Below are positions 54,201-64,000 of a stretch of 64,000 bases of DNA, in pieces. The DNA is from Eledone cirrhosa (taxonomy: Eukaryota). Under the pieces are notes generated by a model, which searched no databases, was not told the origin of the DNA, and saw nothing but the letters and a program-made list of their open reading frames with translations. Each line of letters begins with the position of its first letter. The first letter of the stretch is position 1. The position numbers and the translations under genes are program-made. The stretch lies in NCBI GenBank assembly GCA_964016885.1, contig OZ024757.1:682001-746000 (forward strand). Direction: 5' to 3'.

Positions 54201-57200
54201 TATCATTCCTTGTTATATCACTACCAGTAGCCAATAACCTCTCATATCATTCCTTGTTATATCACTACCAGTAGTCAATAATCTGTCATATCATTCCTTG
54301 TTATATCACTACCAGTAGTCAATAACCTGTCATATCATTCCTTGTTATATCACTACCAGTAGTCAATAACCTCTCATATCCTTCCTTGTTATATCACTAC
54401 CAGTAGAAAATAACCTGTCATATCATTCCTTGTTATATCACTACCAGTAGAAAATAACCTGTCATATCATTCCTTGTTATATCACTACCAGTAGTCAATA
54501 ACCTGTCATATCATTCCTTGTTATATCACTACCAGTAGAAAATAACCTGTCATATCATTCCTTGTTATATCACTACCAGTAGAAAATAACCTGTCATATC
54601 ATTCCTTGTTATATCACTACCAGTAGTCAATAACCTCTCATATCATTCCCTGTTATATCACTACCAGTAGTCAATAACCTGTCATATCATTCCTTGTTAT
54701 ATCACTACCAGTAGTCAATAACCTCTCATATCATTCCTTGTTATATCACTACCAGTAGTCAATAACCCGTCATATCATTCCTTGTTATATCACTGCCAGT
54801 AGTCAATAACCTCTCATATCGTTCCTTGTTATATCACTACCAGTAGTCAATAACCTGTCATATCATTCCTTGTTATATCACTACCAGTAGTCAATAACCT
54901 CTCATATCATTCCTTGTTATATCGCTACCAGTAGTCAATAACCTGTCATATCATTCCTTGTTATATCACTACCAGTAGTCAATAACCTGTCATATCATTC
55001 CTTGTTATATCACTACCAGTAGTCAATAACCTGTCATATCATTCCTTGTTATATCACTACCAGTAGTCAATAACCTGTCATATCATTCCTTGTTATATCA
55101 CTACCAGTAGTCAATAACCTGTCATATCATTCCTTGTTATATCACTACCAGTAGTCAATAACCTGTCATATCATTCCTTGTTATATCACTACCAGTAGTC
55201 AATAACCTGTCATATCATTCCTTGTTATATCACTACCAGTAGTCAATAACCTGTCATATCATTCCTTGTTATATCACTACCAGTAGTCAATAACCTGTCA
55301 TATCATTCCTTGTTATATCACTACCAGTAGTCAATAACCTCTCATATCATTCCTTGTTATATCACTAACAGTAGTCAATAACCTGTCATATCATTCCTTG
55401 TTATATCACTACCAGTAGTCAATAACCTCTCATATCATTCCTTGTTATATCACTACCAGTAGTCAATAACCTCTCATATCATTCCTTGTTATATCACTAC
55501 CAGTAGTCAATAACCTCTCATATCATTCCCTGTTATATCACTACCAGTAGTCAATAACCTGTCATATCATTCCTTGTTATATCACTACCAGTAGTCAATA
55601 ACCTGTCATATCATTCCTTGTTATATTACTGCCAGTAGTCAATAACCTCTCATATCATTCCTTGTTATATCACTAACAGTAGTCAATAACCTGTCATATC
55701 ATTCCTTGTTATATCACTACCAGTAGCCAATAACCTGTCATATCATTCCTTGTTATATCACTACCAGTAGTCAATAACCTCTCATATAATTCCTTGTTAT
55801 ATCACTACCAGTAGTCAATAGCCTGTCATATCATTCCTTGTTATATCACTAACAGTAGTCAATAACCTGTCATATCATTCCTTGTTATATCACTACCAGT
55901 AGTCAATAACCTCTCATATCATTCCTTGTTATATCACTAACAGTAGTCAATAACCTGTCATATCATTCCTTGTTATATCACTACCAGTAGTCAATAACCT
56001 ATCATATAATTCCTTGTTGTATCACTACCAGTAGTCAATAGCCTGTCATATCATTCCTTGTTATATCACTACTAGTAGTCAATAGCCTGTCATATCATTC
56101 CTTGTTATATCACTACTAGTAGTCAATAGCCTGTCATATCATTCCTTGTTATATCACTACTCGTAGTCAATAGCCTGTCATATCGTTCCTTGTTATATCA
56201 CTACCAGTAGTCAATAGCCTGTCATATCATTCCTTGTTATATCACTACCAGTAGTCAATAACCTGTCATATCATTCCTTGTTATATCACTACCAGTAGTC
56301 AATAGCCTGTCATATCATTCCTTGTTATATCACTACCAGTAGTCAATAACCTGTCATATCATTCCTTGTTATATCACTACCAGTAGTCAATAACCTCTCA
56401 TATCATTCCTTGTTATATCACTACCAGTAGTCAATAACCTCTCATATCTTTCCTTGTTATATCACTACCAGTAGTCAATAACCTGTCATATCATTCCTTG
56501 TTATATCACTACTACCAGTAGTCAATAGCCTGTCATATCATTCCTTGTTATATCACTACTAGTAGTCAATAGCCTGTCATATCATTCCTTGTTATATCAC
56601 TACTAGTAGTCAATAGCCTGTCATATCATTCCTTGTTATATCACTACCAGTAGTCAATAACCTCTCATATCATTCCTTGTTATATCACTACCAGTAGTCA
56701 ATAACCTCTCATATCATTCCTTGTTATATCACTACCAGTAGTCAATAACCTGTCATATCATTCCTTGTTATATCACTACTACCAGTAGTCAATAGCCTGT
56801 CATATCATTCCTTGTTATATCACTACTAGTAGTCAATAGCCTGTCATATCATTCCTTGCTATATCACTACTAGTAGTCAATAGCCTGTCATATCATTCCT
56901 TGTTATATCACTACCAGTAGTCAATAACCTCTCATATCATTCCTTGTTATATCACTACCAGTAGTCAATAACCTGTCATATCATTCCTTGTTATATAACT
57001 ACCAGTAGTCAATAACCTGTCATATCATTCCTTGTTATATCACTACCAGTAGTCAATAACCTGTCATATCATTCCTTGTGATATCACTACCAGTAGTCAA
57101 TAACCTGTCATATCATTCCTTGTTATATCACTACCAGTAGTCAATAACCTCTCATATAATTCCTTGTTATATCACTACCAGTAGTCAATAACCTCTCATA

Positions 57201-58245
57201 TCATTCCTTGTTATATCACTACTACTAGTAGTCAATAACCTCTCATATCATTCCTTGTTATATTACTACCAGTAGTCAATAACCTGTCATATCATTCCTT
57301 GTTATATCACTACCAGTAGTCAATAACCTCTCATATCATTCCTTGTTATATCACTACCAGTAGTCAATAACCTGTCATATCATTCCTTGTTATATCACTA
57401 CTACCAGTAGTCAATAGCCTGTCATATCATTCCTTGTTATATCACTACTAGTAGTCAATAGCCTGTCATATCATTCCTTGCTATATCACTACTAGTAGTC
57501 AATAGCCTGTCATATCATTCCTTGTTATATCACTACCAGTAGTCAATAGCCTGTCATATCATTCCTTGTTATATCACTACTAGTAGTCAATAGCCTGTCA
57601 TATCATTCCTTGTTATATCACTACTCGTAGTCAATAGCCTGTCATATCATTCCTTGTTATATCACTACTCGTAGTCAATAACCTCTCATATCATTCCTTG
57701 TTATATCACTACTAGTAGTCAATAACCTGTCATATCATTCCTTGTTATATCACTACTACCAGTAGTCAATAGCCTGTCATATCATTCCTTGTTATATCAC
57801 TACTAGTAGTCAATAGCCTGTCATATCATTCCTTGCTATATCACTCCTAGTAGTCAATAGCCTGTCATATCATTCCTTGTTATATCACTACCAGTAGTCA
57901 ATAGCCTGTCATATCATTCCTTGTTATACCACTACCAGTAGTCAATAGCCTGTCATATCATTCCTTGTTATATCACTACCAGTAGTCAATAGCCTGTCAT
58001 ATCATTCCTTGTTATACCACTACCAGTAGTCAATAGCCTGTCATATCATTCCTTGTTATATCACTACCAGTAGTCAATAGCCTGTCATATCATTCCTTGT
58101 TATATCACTACCAATAGTCAATAGCCTGTCATATCATTCCTTGTTATATCACTACCAGTAGTCAATAGCCTGTCATATCATTCCTTGTTATATCACTACC
58201 AGTAGTCAATAACATCTCATATCATTCATTGTTATTTGACTACTA
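45243..58245. repeat. 44-bp satellite array, ~295 monomers, with a ~2.7-kb higher-order repeat
   Basis: The variant marker ctgtcatGtc recurs at 45378, 48090, 50802 and 53338. Confidence 0.97.
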
Positions 58246-58429
58246 CTACTATTCATGATACATATGCCAGCTGACATTACTACAGGATATTTATACATGC
58301 CCACTGACATATCCCAATCATTACATAACTGTAACTATGATTGTGTAAGAATCTGATAATGTCACGTGAATAACCATATCACAGAAATATATATCATGCA
58401 ATAAACAATTATGCTGAACCCAACGTGTC

Positions 58430-61400
58430 ACGGTCCAATAGGAAGGTCTGGCAGGTTTTCTACAGCTGGATGCCCTTCCTAACACCAACAACGTATACAG
58501 TGTGGACTGGGAGGTTTTTACCGTGTTACCTACACAGCCACATTACAGTGTGGACTGTGTGTTTTTTTGTTGTGACACTTACATGATCTCGATCTCATCT
58601 CATTTATTTGGACTGGATGTTGTGGTCCCAACATAACTTTATAGAGAAAGGGTGGTGTTGGTGGGAGTAGGGGTAGTGGGATGGGGGTGTATATTTGGTT
58701 AAGAGGTGCCTACTGACTAGGTTTTGCTTTATACATAGGCAAGGCGGCTCTTCTGTATTACTGTGTAGCACCAAAGATCTCAGTTCAGTGACATTGTCTT
58801 AGAGAGGTGTAAGTGTGTAAGGTTGGAATTTATCAAATCGTCTCAGGTTTTTCTGGGTCTACCTACACCATAGCTACCGTCTATTTTGATTTCCCTGCAC
58901 TTTTTTATACAGCTGTCGTTTTTCATGCGCATCACGTGACCGTACCAACGTAGTCTTCTCTCGAGTAAACAGCATCTGATCCCTCTTATTCCTAATTTCT
59001 CACTTAGTTCATTTATGCTTTGCCGTTCACGTATATTACTATTACACATCCAACAGAGCATGCATGCTTCGTTCCTCTCTGGTCTGCGCAGGTCCTCTGC
59101 ACACAGTGCCCATGTCTCACTGCCATGTAACATTGCTGTTCGTATGCAGGCATCATACAATCTGCTTTTCATTTTTAGAGAGAAACCTTTAGTGGCCAAT
59201 AGTGGTATAAGCTCTCTGAACTTTTTCCATCCCGTTCTGACTCTGGCTACTGTACTTTCAGAGCACCCTCCACCACTGCTGATTTTGTCACCCAGGTAAC
59301 GGAAGGTGACCACTATTTCTATAGAACCATCTGGGCAATAGAAGGAGCTAGTGTCCTGTGGGCACTTGCTACTTATTGCACCTGAGCATCAGCCACATAT
59401 AAAATCTACATTCTTAGATAGCTTACCTGTGATCCCATACATCTTTTATGTACTCATAGTTTGCATTTGGGACATAAAATGGAATTTCTGTCTACTCCTT
59501 TCCTACACACTAAGCATGGCCATTTCCCAGAGGGAACCTGTGCCCTATTTTCCTTTCTACATACTAGAACTTTCGTCTTAGACAAGTTAACTTTAAGGCC
59601 TTTTGATTCTAGGCCATGCTTCCATGTTTGGAATTTCTTCTCTAGTTCACCCATCGATTCTGCTATGAGAGTTAGATCGTCTGCATATAGAAGTTACCAT
59701 GGGCAGCCAGTCTTAAACTCCTCTGTTATAGCCTGAACGGCAATAATAAATAGGAGGGGGCTAAAGACAGAGCCTTTATGAACACCAACTTTTACGCTAA
59801 ATTCTTCACTATATTCATTGTTAATTCTAACCTTGCTGACTGTTTCTTTATACATGGCTTGTATAGCTCTCACAAGCCATTCATCAACACCTAGTTTTCT
59901 AAGAGCCGACCAGATAATGGAGCAGGGGACTCTGTCAATGGCTTTCTCCAAGTCAACAAAAGCTAAGTATAGGGGTTTACTTTTAGCTAGGTACTTCTGT
60001 AGTTGTTGTACAAGGAAAAGAGCATCTGTGGTACTTTTACCTGACACAAACCCAAACTGCATTTCATCTAGATCAATTCGCTCTCTGATTAGTTGAGCTA
60101 TAACTCTTTATGTGACCTTCATGACCTGGTCAACTAATTTAATGCCTCTATAGTTTCCTCTATCTAGGGCATCTCCTTTACCCTTGTAGCAGTTAATGAT
60201 GATGCTGCTACGCCAGTCATTTGCATGATCCCATTCTGTATGACTTGGTTTACTATCTGGGTGACCATAGTGTGTCCTACCATTCCAGATGCTTTCAGCA
60301 TTTCAGCAACTATCCCCAAAGTCCCAGCTGCCTTGCCTGTCTTCATATCTTTGATTGCCTTACTTATTATACTACCTTTAATTTGCACTGCTGGTCCCTC
60401 TATTGGATCAATTTGGGGCAGACTATCTTTTTTCCATTTATTCTTCTCATTTAGTAGTCTCTCGTAGTGACACTTCCAAGCTACTTTCTTATCAGCATCA
60501 GTGATGGCAAGTACACCATCATCATTACGGTAACACTTCTCCCCGACAATATCACGGTTTTCCTTGAGACATTGCCTAGCAATCCTGAACACCTCACGTT
60601 TTTGGTCCTCGCGTTGTAGAACATGCTTGAACTTTCTGTCCTCTGCTTCCCTTCTTGCAAAGTACATGTGTCTCCTAGCTTCTCTCCTGGCCACTTGATA
60701 GTGTTCTCTACTTCCCCCATCCTGCCATACTTCCCAAGCCTGTTTTTTGGCCTTGTTTTACACCTCCACCTTACTGTTCCATCACCAAGTTACTCTCCTC
60801 CTGCCTATAGGCCTGCTCCAGCCACTGATTTCATATTTTGCCTTCAGCAGGTTAACTTTCAGGAATTCTCCTATTCCTCTATATTGTATATCTCTAATTG
60901 CTCTTCCTTACTGTCAAAAGCATCAAGTAATATGCTTTAAAATTTGTTACTGGCTGAGGGGTCCTTCAATTTCCATATTCTTCTCCTCAAAGTATTCTTC
61001 TGTTGTCGAGTATGTCTAGTCCTGACTATGAGGTCACTAACTATGAGGCTATGTTGGGAGGTGCATTCTTCACGGGGGAGGGATTTAGTGTTTACAATAG
61101 ACACTCTGTTACGTCTTCTAGTAAGGATATAATCTATCTGACTGGCGTGTTCCCCTGATCTATAGGTGATCAAGTGATTGTTTCGTTTTTTGAAGTTTGT
61201 GTTACACATAGTTAGGTTATTTGCATCACAGAATTCCAGGATTCTGAAGCCTTCCTTATTTCTAGTACCAAACCCATAGCCGTCACAATGTTGTCCAACA
61301 TGACCATTTAGGTCACCAGCAATAATTATGTAGTCACTGTCGGTTATTTGGGAGGTAGTGAGCAATAGCGACTCATAGAATCTTTTATAATGCCAGGTAG

Positions 61401-61830
61401 TCCAGATTGGGGTGCATAAGCGGATATTATTGTCACGGTAGTTCTATTTAGGACTAGTCTTATTTTAACTATTCTGTTGTTCACTCTATTTACAGCAATT
61501 ACCTTATCTACCCATTTTTCTGCTAACATAATTCCTCCTCCACCCAGTCCATTGTCATTTCCCAGCCAGAGTAGTTTATAGCATCGTTTTTTACCCACAA
61601 TGAATCTAGTAGACCCACCCCTCCACCTGGTCTCTTGGACACAACACACATCAACTTCCTTATGTTGAAGCATCTCTACAACCTTGTTAGAGTGACCTTT
61701 TAAAGTACCTACATTCATGGTGCCAACTCTGAAGTTTTGGATTTCGTTTGGTGGGTGGAAGGGACGGGTTGGAGGTGTGAGGGAGATGAGGTTATGTTCA
61801 GCCCTCCGTGTCTGAAATAGAGAGGAGTCC
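58430..61830 (-). mobile_element. Near full-length decayed RTE LINE, unit 2 copy (undeleted)
   Basis: Same ORF pieces as unit 1 plus the extra 58889-59450 segment (ORF 58843-59313). Confidence 0.93.
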
Positions 61831-62268
61831 TTGCATTCTCGTCCAGCAACATTTATCTTTATCTTTGACATTGTCATTGAGTGTCAAGATTCTACAAACT
61901 CTCCAAATTCTATAGTCCATCTAGCATATCAAAAGCAACCAAGTCTAAACTTAAGGAGTGATAGCCGAGGCAGTGGTTTTGTGGAAGAGATTGGTAAGAG
62001 AAACATAATTATTAGCCACTGAATTATGATTGGACCAAATAGTAATGGTGGCGTGGGGGGAGTTAACGAGAAGATTATTTTTATAAAGGACCTACAGATT
62101 CGACCATCATTATGAAAAGTTAAAGGGACAATATAAATACTGATAGGTAAATTAGACCAAGAAAGATGGAGAGACAAGGAAATGAAGTGAAATACATTAC
62201 ATTTCTCAAAACAACAATTCGGCAACAGTAAGATTCGACAAATTCTGATTCATAACTCTCGACAGGTT

Positions 62269-62306
<38 letters not shown>

Positions 62307-62489
62307 CATTATTCTACAGAGTACTCAATACTTGAGATAATAGAGCATGACAACTGAGCTGACAGCTTGCCATTGGAACAGCTAGTTCCATATATATATG
62401 TATATATATACATTATTGAAAGCCTATTGTGAACTACTGATGAGATTTGTGGCTGGAGCAATGCACCAGACTGACAGACATTGACAAAT

Positions 62490-63250
62490 GTATATATGTC
62501 TATATATAGACATTACACAAGGTTGTATAATGTAACATGTGTATATATATGTCTATATATATATAGACATTACACAAGGTTGTATAATGTAACATATGTA
62601 TATATATGTCTATATATATATAGACATTACACAAGGTTGTATAATGTAACATATGTATATATATGTCTATATATATAGACATTACACAAGGTTGTACAAT
62701 GTAACATATGTATATATATGTCTATATATATATAGACATTACACAAGGTTGTATAATGTAACATATGTATATATATGTCTATATATATATAGACATTACA
62801 CAAGGTTGTATAATGTAACATATGTATATATATGTCTATATATAGACATTACACAAGGTTGTATAATGTAACATATGTATATATATGTCTATATATATAT
62901 AGACATTACACAAGGTTGTATAATGTAACATATGTATATATATGTCTATATATATATAGACATTACACAAGGTTGTATAATGTAACATATGTATATATAT
63001 GTCTATATATATAGACATTACACAAGGTTGTACAATGTAACATATGTATATATATATATGTCTGTATATATAGACATTACACAAGGTTGTATAATGTAAT
63101 ATTGACATATGTAGATATATTTCTGTATATATAGACATTACACAAGGTTGTATAATGTAATATTGACATATGTAGATATATTTCTGTATATATAGACATT
63201 AGACAAGGTTGTATAATGTAATATTGACATATGTATATATATATATATAT
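62490..63250. repeat. TA-rich minisatellite, unit 2 copy
   Basis: Same unit as 23075-23883, slightly different length. Confidence 0.95.
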
Positions 63251-64000
63251 GTCATGAAAGTAACAGAAAGAGTTATAGCACAGCTGATTAGGGACCGGAG
63301 GAAAATAGACGAGATGCAATTTGGGTTTGTACCAGGAAGAGGCACCACTGATGCCCCCTTCCTTGTGAGGCAATTACAGGAAAAGTACCTAGCTAAAAGT
63401 AAGCCTCTCTACTTGGCATTTGTCGACCTTGAGAAAGCCTTTGACAGAGTTCCACGTGCTGTAATCTAGTGGGCTCTTAGAAAACTAGGAGTAGATGAAT
63501 GGCTTGTGAAAGCGGTACAAGCCATGTATAAGGGAGCAGTCAGCAAAGTTAGGATTAGCAATGAGTATAGCGAGGAATTTAGCGTACAGGTTGGGGGCCA
63601 CCAGGGCTCTGTTCTTAGCCCTCTCCTGTTCATCATAGTCCTGCAGGCAATAATGGAGGAGTTTAAGACCGGATGCCCATGGGAACTCCTGTATGCTGAT
63701 GACCTCGCACTCATAGCTGAATCTATGGTAGAACTAGAGAATAAATTCCAAACTTGGAAGCAGGGACTAGAAAGAAAGGGTCTCAAAGTCAACATGACAA
63801 AGACTAAGGTCCTTGTAAGTAGACGAGAAAACAGAACCCAGATCCCCTCAGGGAAATGGCCTTGCTCAGTATGTAGGAAAGGTGTAGGTAGCAACTCCAT
63901 TCTCTGCCCCAAATGCAAACAATGGGTACACAAGAGATGTAGCGGGATCTCAGGAAGCTTAATTAAGAATGTAGGATTCACATGCAGCAGCTGTGCTGAG
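63251..64000 (+). mobile_element. 5'-truncated RTE LINE, unit 2 copy (runs off window)
   Basis: Copy of 23884-24633. Confidence 0.93.

Larger units (their letters stand above)
33550..64000. repeat. Segmental duplication unit 2 (incomplete in window)
   Basis: Collinear copy of 2686-24633. Confidence 0.95.

Overview
Eukaryotic, AT-rich, repeat-dense DNA. The C2H2 zinc-finger style ([12 protein letters not shown]-terminus, [11 protein letters not shown] fingers), the SINE families and the RTE LINEs point to an octopus-type (coleoid cephalopod) ZNF cluster; this is inference. The window is a recent tandem segmental duplication. Unit 1 spans ~2686-33549; unit 2 starts at ~33550 and runs off the end (64000 corresponds to 24633). 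Each unit holds a CTCF-motif region, an internally deleted Ty3/Gypsy LTR element, tRNA-derived SINEs, several TA-flanked palindromic elements carrying minimal hammerhead-ribozyme motifs (Penelope-like), a 44-bp satellite (5.5 kb in unit 1, 13 kb with a ~2.7-kb higher-order repeat in unit 2), and decayed RTE LINEs with an embedded PHD-type finger. The only intact host CDS is a 17-finger C2H2 gene (28906-30435) followed by a tail of decayed fingers. The most notable observations are the hammerhead motifs, including a 270-bp inverted repeat whose only three arm differences are A>G changes in CTGA(T/A)GA boxes. All alignments were done by eye and no database searches were run.
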